64,000 bases of DNA, from the NCBI GenBank assembly GCA_023442525.1, contig JAEZZA010000020.1, positions 100,776 through 164,775 of the forward strand. The letters are read 5' to 3'. The notes below the pieces were generated by a model that ran no database searches, was not told the origin of the DNA, and was given only the letters and a program-made list of their open reading frames with translations. Numbering within the stretch: position 1 is the first letter of the stretch; every line of letters begins with the position of its first letter. A program made the translations under genes and the position numbers. This document shows positions 1-11,344 of this stretch, piece after piece. The DNA is from Bacteroidota bacterium (lineage in GTDB: Bacteria; Bacteroidota; Bacteroidia; Bacteroidales; UBA10428).

Positions 1-1
1 A

Positions 2-1831
2 GATCATTATGTCTGGCTCGATAAATTCACTGTCAGAAACCTGGAGCTTTTTCACCCACTCTTCGATGGAGGCAAGGCATTTGCCGATATAATCGACAAG
101 ACTATATCACCTATGGGTGCACGTTTGATGAAACGATGGATTGCGCTGCCGTTGAAGGACATAAAACCCGTTAATGATCGTCTCGATGCTGTAGAATATT
201 TAATCAATAATGAAGATATCCGAAATGAGCTTATTGAACATATTTCACGTATAGGTGATCTGGAGCGATTGATATCTCGTGTTGCTGTCGGTCGTATCAC
301 GCCACGTGAAGTAATTCAGCTATGCCTGTCGCTTAAATCTATTATACCGGTTCGTGAACTATGCAGCAAGTCGGGTGAACCGGTTCTCGAAAGAATTGCC
401 GAACAGCTTAATCCCTGTAAACTTGTTTGCGACAGGATAGAAAAAGAGCTTCAACCCGATGCACCGGTACAAATTGTTCGCGGCAATATCATTTCAAAAG
501 GGGTATCGCCCGAACTTGACGAGTTGCGGACAATGCTCTATTCGGGGAAGGAATATCTGCTTGCCATGCAACAAAGAGAGATCGAACGGACTGGCATTTC
601 GTCGCTGAAGATTTCTTTTAATAATGTTTTCGGATATTACATCGAAGTGCGAAATACACATAAGGATAAGGTTCCACCTGAATGGATCAGAAAGCAAACC
701 CTCGTTAATGCTGAAAGATATATTACCGAAGAATTAAAGGAATATGAATCCAGGATCCTTGGAGCTGAGGAAAAGATTCTGGAACTCGAAACCAGGTTAT
801 TCAATGAATTGGTGATTGCAGTATCAGAATATACCGGGCCGGTTCAGTTAAATGCCTCATTGATAGCGCAACTCGATTGTCTGCTGTCGTTTTCACGATG
901 TGCAGTTGAAAGTAATTACCAGCGACCAGTGATTAACGATGGTACGCGGATTGAGATCCGCATGGGAAGGCATCCGGTTATTGAAAAACAGCTACCTGTT
1001 TCGGAAGCATATGTACCAAATGATGTAATTCTTGATCAGGACGAACAGCAGATCATCATTCTTACCGGACCGAATATGTCGGGTAAATCGGCCCTTCTCA
1101 GGCAAACAGCACTGATTGTTCTGATGGCACAAATGGGGAGCTTCGTGCCTGCTGAAAGTGCAGAAATAGGTTACGTCGACAAAATATTCACTCGTGTAGG
1201 AGCATCGGATAATATTTCCATGGGCGAATCCACTTTTATGGTTGAGATGACCGAAACGGCAAGCATTCTGAATAACCTGTCGGATCGCAGCCTGGTGCTG
1301 CTCGATGAGATTGGACGGGGTACCAGTACTTACGATGGTATCTCAATTGCCTGGGCTATGGTGGAATTTCTGCATGGTCATCCTAAATTTCGCCCGAAAA
1401 CCATGTTCGCCACGCATTATCATGAGCTGAACGCCATGGAAGGATCGTTTGAAAGGGTAAAAAACTACCATATATCTATTAAGGAACTTAACGACAGGGT
1501 GATATTCCTAAGAAAACTGGTAAAAGGAGGAAGCGAGCACAGCTTTGGGATACATGTGGCTAGAATGGCAGGGATGCCCAAAAGCCTGGTTAATCGTGCA
1601 AACGAAGTACTCCGCCAGCTTGAGGATACGCAGGATGGGAATGATATTTCAAGACCCATTTCGGAATTGACTGAAAAACGTGAAGGAATGCAGCTCAGTT
1701 TTTTTCAGCTCGACGATCCGGTATTGAAGCAGATCCGGGACGAAATTAAAAAAGTGGATATCAATAATCTTACGCCTCTTGAAGCCCTCAATAAGCTCAA
1801 TGAGATCAAAAAAATGATAGGTTTGAAATAA
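2..1831 (+). CDS. mutS: DNA mismatch repair protein MutS, C-terminal ~610 aa (5' end is upstream of the window)
   Basis: The frame is open from nt 2 ([17 protein letters not shown] precedes the first listed Met). Walker A GPNMSGKS, Walker [17 protein letters not shown] and THYHEL motif are present. Confidence 0.95.
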   Translation, partial: DHYVWLDKFTVRNLELFHPLFDGGKAFADIIDKTISPMGARLMKRWIALPLKDIKPVNDRLDAVEYLINNEDIRNELIEHISRIGDLERLISRVAVGRITPREVIQLCLSLKSIIPVRELCSKSGEPVLERIAEQLNPCKLVCDRIEKELQPDAPVQIVRGNIISKGVSPELDELRTMLYSGKEYLLAMQQREIERTGISSLKISFNNVFGYYIEVRNTHKDKVPPEWIRKQTLVNAERYITEELKEYESRILGAEEKILELETRLFNELVIAVSEYTGPVQLNASLIAQLDCLLSFSRCAVESNYQRPVINDGTRIEIRMGRHPVIEKQLPVSEAYVPNDVILDQDEQQIIILTGPNMSGKSALLRQTALIVLMAQMGSFVPAESAEIGYVDKIFTRVGASDNISMGESTFMVEMTETASILNNLSDRSLVLLDEIGRGTSTYDGISIAWAMVEFLHGHPKFRPKTMFATHYHELNAMEGSFERVKNYHISIKELNDRVIFLRKLVKGGSEHSFGIHVARMAGMPKSLVNRANEVLRQLEDTQDGNDISRPISELTEKREGMQLSFFQLDDPVLKQIRDEIKKVDINNLTPLEALNKLNEIKKMIGLK

Positions 1832-1947
1832 TATTCCTATCTGCGATATTCTCCATGGCCGACAGAGATCCAAGTTCCGAAGCCTTTTTAAAAACTGAAC
1901 CATTTACAAAACTTTGAATTACTTTTATCTGATTCTATCCTGATATA

Positions 1948-2727
1948 ATGGTCCGTTTCAAACTGCTCATCGAATATGATGGATCCCGATACCGTGGGTG
2001 GCAACAGAACACCGGGGTAAAGACTGTTCAGGGAACGATCATTCAAGCCATTGAGGAACTGTTTCATACTAAAAAAATTGAACTATATGGTTCAGGCCGG
2101 ACGGATGCCGGAGTTCATGCGTTGGGACAGGTGGCACACCTGGATGTGACAACACAAATGCATGCTGAATCAATAGCCGGCCGCCTGAATGAGTTACTTC
2201 CTTATGATATCCACATTCTGAATGCAGAAAAAGTTTCAGAAAAATTTCATGCCCGGCATAACGCCACAGCCCGAAGTTATGTGTATATGATCGCGCGTCG
2301 CCGTTCGGCGTTTGGTAAACCCTATTGCTGGTGGGTAAAAGAAGAGTTGGATATTGAAAAAATGAAATCAGCCGCTCGAATTCTGAAAGGGTTTCACGAT
2401 TTTTCATCATTCGGTGCTGCTACCGTCGAAGAAAAATCCACAAAGGTCAATATTGAACATTTGGAAGTGAACGAAACCGGGAATATAATTATGATTCACA
2501 TCATCGGTTCTCATTTTTTATGGATGATGGTTCGAAGGATTACAGGCGTACTGGTGCATGCCGGCAAGGGTAAGTTAAGCCCGGATGAAATAAAACAGTT
2601 TATAAACAGGCATTCTGAGAGGCCATCACAGCTTTCGGCTCCACCTTCAGGACTATACCTGGAGAGGGTGTATTATGCAACCGAATCGTATAATCTTCAA
2701 CCGGGAATTCCAATAACCGTGCTATAA
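1948..2727 (+). CDS. truA: tRNA pseudouridine(38-40) synthase TruA
   Basis: 259 aa. N-terminal LIEYDGSRYRGWQ and catalytic Asp motif GSGRTDAGVHA. Confidence 0.9.
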   Translation: MVRFKLLIEYDGSRYRGWQQNTGVKTVQGTIIQAIEELFHTKKIELYGSGRTDAGVHALGQVAHLDVTTQMHAESIAGRLNELLPYDIHILNAEKVSEKFHARHNATARSYVYMIARRRSAFGKPYCWWVKEELDIEKMKSAARILKGFHDFSSFGAATVEEKSTKVNIEHLEVNETGNIIMIHIIGSHFLWMMVRRITGVLVHAGKGKLSPDEIKQFINRHSERPSQLSAPPSGLYLERVYYATESYNLQPGIPITVL

Positions 2728-2830
2728 TATGGCTGGACAAAAATCGAATGATCAGAGGGGAATGCACTCGGGGTTAAAATATGTCTGAAAACTTCCCCAT
2801 TTCATTACTTTTAGAAAGATTATGTAAACA

Positions 2831-4321
2831 TTGTACCGGATGGTAAAAAAAATCACAATCATAGGTGGGGGTATAGCAGGCTTATCGGCTGGAATTTATG
2901 CAAGGATGAACGGCTTTGATACTGATATTATTGAAATGCATACTGCAACCGGAGGTCAATGCACTGCATGGGATCGTAAAGGCTACCGTTTTGATTACTG
3001 TTTACATTGGCTGGTTGGTACCAGGAACGGACCATTTAACAGAATATGGAAAGAAACTAACGTGATAACCCCAAATGTAAAAATAATCGATCACGATATA
3101 TCGTCGAAAATAAAGACTGCTGATGGTAAGGAATTCATATTTTATACCAACCTTGAGAAATGGAAAGCCTACCTGCTTAAAATTGCACCTGAGGATGTAA
3201 AGGGAATAAATAAGATGTGCAATGATATGCATAAATCAAGGTTTCTAAATCCCTTTACTGACCCCCCTGGTTTGAGGAGCTTCTTTCAGGTTATCAGATC
3301 GGGCTTATCGATGTTGCCAATATTGGTCTTGTTTTTACGATATAGCAGAAAAAACTGCAGGGAGTATTTCCAAAGTCTTGGTTTTAAAAATCCTGATCTG
3401 GTATACTTTCTGAACAGCTTATATGGGAGCCGTGATTTCTCTGCACTAGGATTTATTATGATGTTTGCGTGGTTCAATCAGAAAAATACAGGATATCTGA
3501 TTGGAGGTTCACGTCCGATGACACAACGAATGAGTGAGAAATTCAAAAACCTTGGAGGCAAAATAATTACAGGAAAAAAGATAATCAGGATCCTTACAGA
3601 AAATAACATAGCAAAAGGAGTTATGCTTTCAGACGGGACTCAGTACATTTCTGATTATGTAATAAGCGCGGCGGATGGTCATTCCACAATTTTTGACATG
3701 CTGGAAGGCCGATATGTAAATAAAAAAATTTTGAATGCTTATGAGAACTGGGAACTGTTTACTCCCCTGGTTCAGGTTTCTTTCGGAATAAATAAAAGTA
3801 TGCCGTCGGATGTGCCATCAGAATTGTGGCTGGATAAAAGGCTGATTGGGATGACTAAAATCCAAAACGGATACTCAATCATGAATTACTGTTATGATCC
3901 GGAGATGTTTCCCCCGGGAAAATCCGTAATAATTATCAGGTTTGACTCACCCTGGGATCTATGGAAAAATATGACCCCCACAGAGTATAAGAATGAGAAG
4001 GAAAAAATCGCGAAAGATTGTACTGAAATTCTTTTAAATCACTATCCCGAAATATCCGGGAATATTGAAGTGGTTGATGTTGCTACACCCCTGACTGACG
4101 TGAAATTTACAGGAGTATGGAAGGGAGCATATGAAGGTTTTATGCCATCAAGCAAGACAATGATGAAAAATTTCAATTCGATGCTTCCAGGCTTGAAAAA
4201 CTTTTATATGGCCGGTCAATGGCTTTACCCGGGTGGGGGTCTTCCTCCATCTGCTCAATCTGGAAAATGGGCTATTCAGTATATCTGTAAAAAGGATAAA
4301 ATCAGGTTTAAGACCTCTTAA
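2831..4321 (+). CDS. NAD(P)/FAD-dependent oxidoreductase, phytoene-desaturase-like family
   Basis: Rossmann dinucleotide motif ITIIGGGIAGLSAG followed by E-x(6)-GG. About 495 aa. The listed start is TTG; the ATG at 2840 is more likely. Substrate unknown. Confidence 0.65.
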   Translation: MYRMVKKITIIGGGIAGLSAGIYARMNGFDTDIIEMHTATGGQCTAWDRKGYRFDYCLHWLVGTRNGPFNRIWKETNVITPNVKIIDHDISSKIKTADGKEFIFYTNLEKWKAYLLKIAPEDVKGINKMCNDMHKSRFLNPFTDPPGLRSFFQVIRSGLSMLPILVLFLRYSRKNCREYFQSLGFKNPDLVYFLNSLYGSRDFSALGFIMMFAWFNQKNTGYLIGGSRPMTQRMSEKFKNLGGKIITGKKIIRILTENNIAKGVMLSDGTQYISDYVISAADGHSTIFDMLEGRYVNKKILNAYENWELFTPLVQVSFGINKSMPSDVPSELWLDKRLIGMTKIQNGYSIMNYCYDPEMFPPGKSVIIIRFDSPWDLWKNMTPTEYKNEKEKIAKDCTEILLNHYPEISGNIEVVDVATPLTDVKFTGVWKGAYEGFMPSSKTMMKNFNSMLPGLKNFYMAGQWLYPGGGLPPSAQSGKWAIQYICKKDKIRFKTS

Positions 4322-4378
4322 GCCAAATTAAATACAATTACTTTATACTTTTCTGTCAGACTTAAAATCGAACAATTT

Positions 4379-4409
4379 TTTGCAAAAATAAAAAAGTAGT
4401 TTAATTTTG
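4379..4409 (+). promoter_or_regulatory. Bacteroidota sigma-A type promoter (-33 TTTG / -7 TAnnTTTG) for the tRNA pair
   Basis: TTTG at 4379-4382, a 19-nt spacer, then TAATTTTG at 4402-4409, about 60 nt upstream of tRNA-Gly. Confidence 0.45.
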
Positions 4410-4467
4410 CAGCTCCATTGAGGTGCCAAACAACAAAGTGGATATAGTTCTTGGTAAAAGAATTATT

Positions 4468-4540
<73 letters not shown>

Positions 4541-4548
4541 CAGAATCA

Positions 4549-4580
4549 GGGGCCAACTTTCATCGTTGCCCTTTTTTTTT
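4549..4580 (+). terminator. Terminator-like hairpin plus T9 run between the two tRNAs
   Basis: GGGC(C)AAC - 7-nt loop - GTTGCCC (7 bp with a 1-nt bulge), followed directly by nine T (4572-4580). Confidence 0.4.
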
Positions 4581-4594
4581 CTAAGTTCATTGTT

Positions 4595-4680
4595 GCCCGG
4601 ATGGTGGAATTGGTAGACACGCAGGACTTAAAATCCTGTGGCCAGTAATGGCTGTGCGGGTTCAATTCCCGCTCCGGGTA
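4595..4680 (+). tRNA. tRNA-Leu (anticodon UAA), long-variable-arm class
   Basis: 86 nt. Acceptor GCCCGGA/TCCGGGT, anticodon arm CAGGA-CTTAAAA-TCCTG, long variable arm, T arm GCGGG-TTCAATT-CCCGC. Confidence 0.9.
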
Positions 4681-4795
4681 CAAAAGGTGTTATTCTTTCA
4701 GACTTTCTATTAATGCCTTCATCCCTAATTCAGGAGTGGTTGCTTTTATTCCTAATATCTTTTTATCGTCTGTATCACAATAGTTTATTTTATAT

Positions 4796-5245
4796 TCAAA
4801 GGTAGTTAATACCAATCCCCGATACCCATCCCCAAAACAAATAACGGGCAAATTTACCGGCCAGCATGGCTATGGCTGTTATAAAAACATTGGATCGCAG
4901 AAGGCCCAAACCTACGGCAAAAATATCGCCTACAAAAGGAAGCCAGCTTAGAAAGGCAAATAAAGCCCCCTTCCGGTACAGGCGGTTATGCCATTTTTCA
5001 ATTTTCTCTTTTTTTATTCCAAGATATTTTTCAATCCATTCCCACTTCCCCAGATAACCTATCGCATAACTACTCATACCGCCTAGCCAGTTACCGGCAG
5101 AGGCTACCAGAATAGCCGTCCAGAAATCTGTACCTGTGGCGATAACAACTGCCAGAATGGCTTCTGAACTGAACGGAACCACCGTGGCCGCTAAAAAACT
5201 TGCGAGGAACAATCCCCAAAGACTGTAATCGAAAATACCTTCCAC
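4796..5245 (-). CDS. YqaA/DedA-like small integral membrane protein
   Basis: 149 aa with about 4 hydrophobic helices. The N-terminal LFLASFLAATVVPFSSEAIL segment is typical of the YqaA family. Confidence 0.65.
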   Translation of the reverse strand: MEGIFDYSLWGLFLASFLAATVVPFSSEAILAVVIATGTDFWTAILVASAGNWLGGMSSYAIGYLGKWEWIEKYLGIKKEKIEKWHNRLYRKGALFAFLSWLPFVGDIFAVGLGLLRSNVFITAIAMLAGKFARYLFWGWVSGIGINYL

Positions 5246-5453
5246 CGGAAAACTAAATAATCACAAACCTACAACACTTTAGTGATAATTAACCGGGCCA
5301 GGATAAACGTAACTTTTACTGAAAATTAACAGAACAATAGCAGCCATGTGCTGTTTGACTATATAAGCTGTTATTAAGGGCTAAACCGACAACTGCGATA
5401 GCCTGACAGTTTGTTATAAGAAATTTTCAAGTAGGAATTTTAATTCCAAAGTT

Positions 5454-6206
5454 ATGAAACATAGCATTAAGGATATATTGGATTATAAGGTTGTCAGCAG
5501 GGACGACATGGATGGGAATGCAAAAGATGTACTTTTTGACCAGAATTCATGGATCATACGATACCTGGAAGTAGATTTCGGAAATTTGTTCAATGACAGG
5601 AAGGTTCTGATACCCCGGTTTTTGCTGAGAGATTCGTTTGTTACTGAAAACAGGTTTTTACTGGATGTAACTAAAAGTGATATTGATGCGTGTCCGAAGC
5701 CTGAACAGCATCTTCCCATTTCCAGAAAATACGAGGAGGAATTGCACAGATATTACAGGCTCGATTACTATTGGGATCAGCCCTATGTAACGCCTGTAGA
5801 TCCGGTTATAGGACCTTCGTATCCGTTCAGGGTGCCGGTTGGGGAGGTCGAGGAAGACAAACTGGGTACCAACCTGAGAAGTTTCAGAGAGGTAAAAGGT
5901 TATACTATTAATGCCGCTGACGGCAAGCTGGGAAATATTGCTGATTTACTATTTGACGACAGTAACTGGAGAATAATTTATGCCGTTGTCAATACCGGTA
6001 CATGGCTAAGTTGGAAGAAGAAAGTATTACTAAATATCAGTTGGATCGAAAAGATCAGTTATTCGCAGAAAGAGGCAATTACAGGCCTCACAATGGAGGC
6101 CATAAAGAATTCTCCTGAATATGATCCGAAATCGATGTTTGATGAAAGGTATGAGCGCTCATTTCATGATTATTACGAAAAGAACATGAGCGTATTCAGA
6201 AGGTAG
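5454..6206 (+). CDS. PRC-barrel domain-containing protein (two PRC-like modules)
   Basis: Two copies of the pattern x-V-x-x-x-DG-x-x-G-x-x-x-D-(L/V)-LFD-x-x-x-W-x-I-x-Y: DGNAKDVLFDQNSWIIRYLEV and DGKLGNIADLLFDDSNWRIIYAVV. Confidence 0.6.
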   Translation: MKHSIKDILDYKVVSRDDMDGNAKDVLFDQNSWIIRYLEVDFGNLFNDRKVLIPRFLLRDSFVTENRFLLDVTKSDIDACPKPEQHLPISRKYEEELHRYYRLDYYWDQPYVTPVDPVIGPSYPFRVPVGEVEEDKLGTNLRSFREVKGYTINAADGKLGNIADLLFDDSNWRIIYAVVNTGTWLSWKKKVLLNISWIEKISYSQKEAITGLTMEAIKNSPEYDPKSMFDERYERSFHDYYEKNMSVFRR

Positions 6207-6217
6207 CATACCATTAC

Positions 6218-6244
6218 AAAAAACCCGCCTGAGGCGGGTTTTTT
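6218..6244. terminator. Bidirectional rho-independent terminator between convergent genes
   Basis: AAAAAACCCGCC-TGAG-GGCGGGTTTTTT: a perfect GC-rich stem flanked by an A-run and a T-run. Confidence 0.8.
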
Positions 6245-6247
6245 GCA

Positions 6248-8122
6248 TTAATCAAACATGTGTATATACCAGTTATTTTCGTCGAGAAGATAATTATAGA
6301 TTTGTTCGCGTTTGCTGGCAGGATATTTTTCAGCCACTCTCGATGCCAGGAATGAAGGATTGTTACGCCTCTTGGCTACGCGCATCAGATCATAAAATCT
6401 CTCTCCCTCGAATGCAAGTTCGCGAGCACGTTCATCCAACACCCCTTCTTCGAAGATCTGCTGCTTAAGAGCGAAATTGGTGCCAAGGTCCATGTACCCG
6501 GTAATATCATTAGTGAACGGATCGTGCAGATACTGAATATTATCCAGGGTGATCTGATCATCACCACTACCCAATCCTACTCTTCCTCTTACTCCCATTT
6601 GAAGCCGGGACTGATCGGTTGAATAATAAAGGTAACCATCATTCAGAATACCTTTGGCATAAGCTGTATTGGTTTTATAAGTACCTTTATCATTGAATAT
6701 CATATAGGTGTATATCTCAGCCAGGTAAAGATGAATTCCGCCTGCGCGGTAAACTATAAACCTGGCATCATCCTGGTATTGTCCGGTATAATATTTAAAT
6801 ACAACAGTATCCATGCCCTCCATGATATTGTTTACAGTTCGGGTATCATGCTGAGCTTTCATCTGTAGCATATATTGTACATTGGGAGTAAAGAACATTC
6901 CGCCGGCATTTCTTAAATATACATAGGAAGTCCCGAAACCTCTGAACGGATCCCCGGGAGTACCCCGTTGATTTGGATCCATCCTGCTGAGTGAAGGATT
7001 GGTGTGTCGGATTATTCTTTGGTACATCCATGTGGTTTCCCATTTATGTACAGCAATCTTGGTAGGTTTCAGCATATATTTGTAAGGAGGTATGGGAAGG
7101 AAAAGATCCTGCAGTTGATTTTGCTGGAAGTATTCCTTATCAAACCAGATAGTGTAAATGTGTTCATTCCGGTCTATCTCGCTAAAAATTCTTGACCAGG
7201 CACCATACGCAAATTCATCCGTTAATTGATAACGTTCGGTTTCGGCCGGATTTTTGACTATGGCTTCAAAATAATAAGTGGCTTTATGTAAATTACCGTC
7301 AGTAAGATACATTAGCCCAAGTAATGCATTCTTTGCCCACTCATTCCAGATAGTAACTTCCCATGTAGGATCGGGATTGTCAATATCATGCTTAACACCA
7401 ACAGCTTTTACCTTATCCTCGATTTCATTCGTGAAATAATCAATGATCATTGGGACATCATATAATTGTTTCTCAAGAATAATTTCCTGGTTATATGTTG
7501 TGTCATTACTAAAATAGCCGTCCTTAGAGAAAACAACATGCACACTGTCTACGTATTTTCCTTCGGAATTTACATATGCTTCAATCTCCTCCATTGTTGC
7601 GAGAGAAGCCGGAATAAAAGGCACTTTTCCATAAATTCTCACGGCTGTGAAATAGGCCCAGGCTCTCATACAAATAGCTTCACCATATAGCCTGTCGAAA
7701 TTGGTAATTTCACTCTTCGAGTCAAGTACTTCAGGATGCTCTCTCTCGAGAATATCAATGAAATTGTTGCAGGCCGAAATCAATTTGAAAAAATTTGTAG
7801 GTGAGGCGTATTTATTGGTTTTTGATATATTGAAATTATATATCTCCATAAGATCCGCATCTGCGTTTGGAGTTACCGTTAATAGGTCGCCCCTGAGCTC
7901 ACCCAATACGATCATTTGTTCAACAAGCTGTTGCTGTAAGGCATACAATCCCATTTCAACCGACCGGTATTCGTACCAATCATTAAATAGTTCGTCTTCG
8001 GTGACATCTATTGCCTGCTCAGGATTGAAAAAATCCTGGCACGACAAGATGAGCAATGAAAGACAAGCCAGTAATAAGATTTTGCCTTTATTTTTCATAG
8101 TGATCTTCATTTTCGCTTTCAT
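6248..8122 (-). CDS. SusD/RagB-family outer-membrane lipoprotein (pair 2)
   Basis: Lipoprotein signal LLLACLSLLILSC. C-terminal SusD signature ERARELAFEGERFYDLMR. It starts 2 nt after the SusC stop. Alternative Met starts exist within the first 9 codons. Confidence 0.85.
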   Translation of the reverse strand: MKAKMKITMKNKGKILLLACLSLLILSCQDFFNPEQAIDVTEDELFNDWYEYRSVEMGLYALQQQLVEQMIVLGELRGDLLTVTPNADADLMEIYNFNISKTNKYASPTNFFKLISACNNFIDILEREHPEVLDSKSEITNFDRLYGEAICMRAWAYFTAVRIYGKVPFIPASLATMEEIEAYVNSEGKYVDSVHVVFSKDGYFSNDTTYNQEIILEKQLYDVPMIIDYFTNEIEDKVKAVGVKHDIDNPDPTWEVTIWNEWAKNALLGLMYLTDGNLHKATYYFEAIVKNPAETERYQLTDEFAYGAWSRIFSEIDRNEHIYTIWFDKEYFQQNQLQDLFLPIPPYKYMLKPTKIAVHKWETTWMYQRIIRHTNPSLSRMDPNQRGTPGDPFRGFGTSYVYLRNAGGMFFTPNVQYMLQMKAQHDTRTVNNIMEGMDTVVFKYYTGQYQDDARFIVYRAGGIHLYLAEIYTYMIFNDKGTYKTNTAYAKGILNDGYLYYSTDQSRLQMGVRGRVGLGSGDDQITLDNIQYLHDPFTNDITGYMDLGTNFALKQQIFEEGVLDERARELAFEGERFYDLMRVAKRRNNPSFLASRVAEKYPASKREQIYNYLLDENNWYIHMFD

Positions 8123-8124
8123 TG

Positions 8125-11100
8125 TTAGAAACCAAGTTTAACGCCTATTATAAATTGCCGGGTTTGCGGAGTTAAGCCATAATCAATACCCTGGTGTATC
8201 TGCATGTAAGAAAAGCTGAATTCAGGATCGTACCCCAGATAATTGGTGAGAGTGAGCAGATTATTGGCCGAGGCATAAAACTCTGCATTCTTAAAGGACA
8301 AAAATTCTCCAGGTATCCTGTAACTAATCGAAACATTCTTAAGCCTTACAAATGATCCGTCTTCGATCCATCGGGTCGAGAAATCACTGTTTCCCTGCGG
8401 ATCGTTCCACAATGCTCTGGGTACGTTGGTAACCTGTTCTTCGTATTGCCAGCGATTCAGAACACTCTGACTCTGATTTTCAAGTCCGGTCATACGTTCG
8501 TTGTTGTATCTCACAAAATTGAACAAGTCGTTTCCGTATACAACCTGAATCATCGCACTTAATGTAAACCTCTTATAAGTCAGTGAGTTTACCAGGCTTC
8601 CAGTAAAGTCAGGCAATGGTGAACCAATTGCAGTTTTATCAAAATTGTTAATTACGCCGTCGGGAATTCCTTCGGGGCCTGATAAATCTGCATAGATTGC
8701 ATCTCCGGCGTGATATGCCATTCCTTTATCATTTACTAGTCCTGCGTTAACAGCATCTTCAGTGGAAGCATATACGCCCTTGAAAACATAACCGTAATAA
8801 CTGTTGGCCGGTGCGCCTTCCATGTTTATTATCTCAGCTCCGAGCAATTCGGTAACCAGCTTATTCCCTTTTATATCCAGTACTTCATTTTTAACGGTTG
8901 TAACAAATGCACTCAGATCCCATTTAAATGTTCCATTGTCTACAATCCTTCCGAACAACGAAACTTCAAGGCCCCTGTTGCGCATCTTTCCTGAATTTTC
9001 CATGCGGTAATCATATCCCAGGTATGCATTAACAGGGTTGAAGATCAGCATGTTTTCAGTTTGAGACTGGAATACGTCAACTGTTCCTGCTATCCGGTTG
9101 CCGAAAAGTGATAAATCGATACCGGTATTTACCTGAGTCACTATTTCATAACTCAGCTTGTTATTTTGTATAACTGCGGGATAGAGTCCTACTGTCTCAC
9201 GGAATTTTATAGCCTTATAATAATTGGAAGCACTTGATTCACCAATGTCATCATTTCCCGTTCTTCCATACGACAATCTCCATTTCAACTCTTCGAGCCA
9301 GTATTTGTCTCTCAGGAACGGCTCGCTTGATAAACGCCAGGCAAAACCAGCCGAATAAAACAGTCCGAAAGGTATATCCGCAATTTTTATGGTGTTGGCT
9401 GCTTCATCACCAACCCGTGATGAACCGTCAAGTGATAAGCTGGCGGTTAGAAGTATTTTATCCTTGAATGAATAATTCAGATTTTCATAAAACGACATCC
9501 AGTTCCATGTTCTGTTCTGTCCCCCGACTTCTCTTAAATTCGACTGACCAAAACTTATCGAACGATACTGGTCGTTGGCATGTGAATTCTTATTCAGTCC
9601 CCAGTCGAACTCAAATGTATTTGTCTGAATGTTGACACCGGTAAATGAAGACAACTGGTGATTCTCACCAAATGATCGGTTCACGCTCAGGTAGGAGTTA
9701 TTATAAAAACTACGGAATACATCTGTAGCAGCTTTAGCTACATTATATGCTTCATCATTGTAATAATGTTCCATTCCATGATTAGGCATGAACATCTGCT
9801 CTTTCAGCATATTGTATGTAAAATTGAACTTGCTTTTAAATGAAATCCGGCTGTTGATGGCAGCATCCAGTCCCATATAATATACAAAGCTTGTATTGGT
9901 GTTTGTAGCTTCGAAATTCTTCACAACAGCAACAGGATTGCTCACTCCAAGTTCATCAACTTCAGCATAAGTGGAAATTTCCCTGCCTTGATCGTCATAT
10001 TGGTATGGATTCAGCATGGGCGATTTGCCAAGTGCCGACAAAATGGGATTGGTTTGTTCTGATGTGGCCGCATCGGTTAGCGATCCTTTGTTATAGTTCA
10101 ACGACACACCTGCATTCATTTTCATCCAGCGAAAAACATTCAGGCGGCTTACAAATCGCAGATTATAGCCCTGGTAATCAGTGTTCTTAATAACACCATT
10201 ATTATTCATTAACCCGAATGAAAGTCCGTAAGTTGCTATTTCATCCCCTCCCTTAACCATAACGTTTACGTTCTGAAACATTGAATTCCGGAAGATTTCA
10301 TTTTGCCAGTTGGTGTTATGCTGATAGTCGATGAATCTTTTATCGTCAGGTTCCAGGTACAGGTTAGGATATTCAACCATGATGTTTTCCTCGAGCTTTC
10401 CTGATGAAAATAAAATTTCCTGCAGCAGTGTTTTATGCTGGGTAGCATTGAGCTGAGGGATTTTAATATCCGGTTTAAGCGAAAGACCTGTACTGAGATC
10501 GAGCTCAATTACTGTTTTAGTAACACTGGGATCCAGGGTTTCGATAAGAATAAGTCCGTTTGAACCTCTTGAACCCCACGATGCGGAAACAGCCGGATCC
10601 TTTATAACCGTCACTGCCGATACGTCATTGGGGTTTACTTCAACCAGCGGATTGAATGCGAAACCGTGGATATTTGATCCGAAGACTCCAACCGGAGTGG
10701 TGGGTATGCCATCTACGATATAAAGTGGCTGGTTTACAGCATTCAGAGAATTAATACCCCTGAGATTGATAAAGGTACCTGCTGAAGGGTGGCCTGATTT
10801 TTTAACAATATTTGCTCCGGTAACCCGGCCCTGTAAATATTCATCAATAGTAACCGGCTTCAACCCCTTAATATGCCTCATATCCACGGGAGAAAAGGCT
10901 GCAGCTATATCGCGCTTGCCCACCGATCGCGACATGATCTGAATCGGATCATCGTTGGAAGCCATATCCAGCGGAGTAAGGTATATATCAACCTGTTTCC
11001 GGCTGTTGAGGTATACTCTTTTAGCCTTAAAATCGGATGCCGGTGACACAATTAACCAGTCGGTCCCGGAAGTGGATATTACAGTGAATTCGCCGCTCTC

Positions 11101-11298
11101 ATTTGTAACATAAGGTAATTCAAATGAACCCGCTACACTAACCGAAACATCCTTCAGGGGCCGGCTCATATGATCGTAAATTTTCCCGGTTACAAGGACG
11201 GTATCCTGCGCCGATATCGTAAGTGCAACAGTTGCCATAATCGCGCTCAAGATTATTGACCGAAACCGGTTCCGATTAATTCTGTATGACATATTCAA
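8125..11298 (-). CDS. SusC-type TonB-dependent outer-membrane transporter (pair 2)
   Basis: 1057 aa. N-terminal carboxypeptidase-regulatory-like domain (VTGKIYDHMSRPLKDVSV), plug motifs (YIVDGIP), terminal aromatic residue (GVKLGF). Confidence 0.9.
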   Translation of the reverse strand: MNMSYRINRNRFRSIILSAIMATVALTISAQDTVLVTGKIYDHMSRPLKDVSVSVAGSFELPYVTNESGEFTVISTSGTDWLIVSPASDFKAKRVYLNSRKQVDIYLTPLDMASNDDPIQIMSRSVGKRDIAAAFSPVDMRHIKGLKPVTIDEYLQGRVTGANIVKKSGHPSAGTFINLRGINSLNAVNQPLYIVDGIPTTPVGVFGSNIHGFAFNPLVEVNPNDVSAVTVIKDPAVSASWGSRGSNGLILIETLDPSVTKTVIELDLSTGLSLKPDIKIPQLNATQHKTLLQEILFSSGKLEENIMVEYPNLYLEPDDKRFIDYQHNTNWQNEIFRNSMFQNVNVMVKGGDEIATYGLSFGLMNNNGVIKNTDYQGYNLRFVSRLNVFRWMKMNAGVSLNYNKGSLTDAATSEQTNPILSALGKSPMLNPYQYDDQGREISTYAEVDELGVSNPVAVVKNFEATNTNTSFVYYMGLDAAINSRISFKSKFNFTYNMLKEQMFMPNHGMEHYYNDEAYNVAKAATDVFRSFYNNSYLSVNRSFGENHQLSSFTGVNIQTNTFEFDWGLNKNSHANDQYRSISFGQSNLREVGGQNRTWNWMSFYENLNYSFKDKILLTASLSLDGSSRVGDEAANTIKIADIPFGLFYSAGFAWRLSSEPFLRDKYWLEELKWRLSYGRTGNDDIGESSASNYYKAIKFRETVGLYPAVIQNNKLSYEIVTQVNTGIDLSLFGNRIAGTVDVFQSQTENMLIFNPVNAYLGYDYRMENSGKMRNRGLEVSLFGRIVDNGTFKWDLSAFVTTVKNEVLDIKGNKLVTELLGAEIINMEGAPANSYYGYVFKGVYASTEDAVNAGLVNDKGMAYHAGDAIYADLSGPEGIPDGVINNFDKTAIGSPLPDFTGSLVNSLTYKRFTLSAMIQVVYGNDLFNFVRYNNERMTGLENQSQSVLNRWQYEEQVTNVPRALWNDPQGNSDFSTRWIEDGSFVRLKNVSISYRIPGEFLSFKNAEFYASANNLLTLTNYLGYDPEFSFSYMQIHQGIDYGLTPQTRQFIIGVKLGF

Positions 11299-11344
11299 AT
11301 TCGTTTATCGTGAAAAAACACTATTCTGATTGTTTGTAATGAAC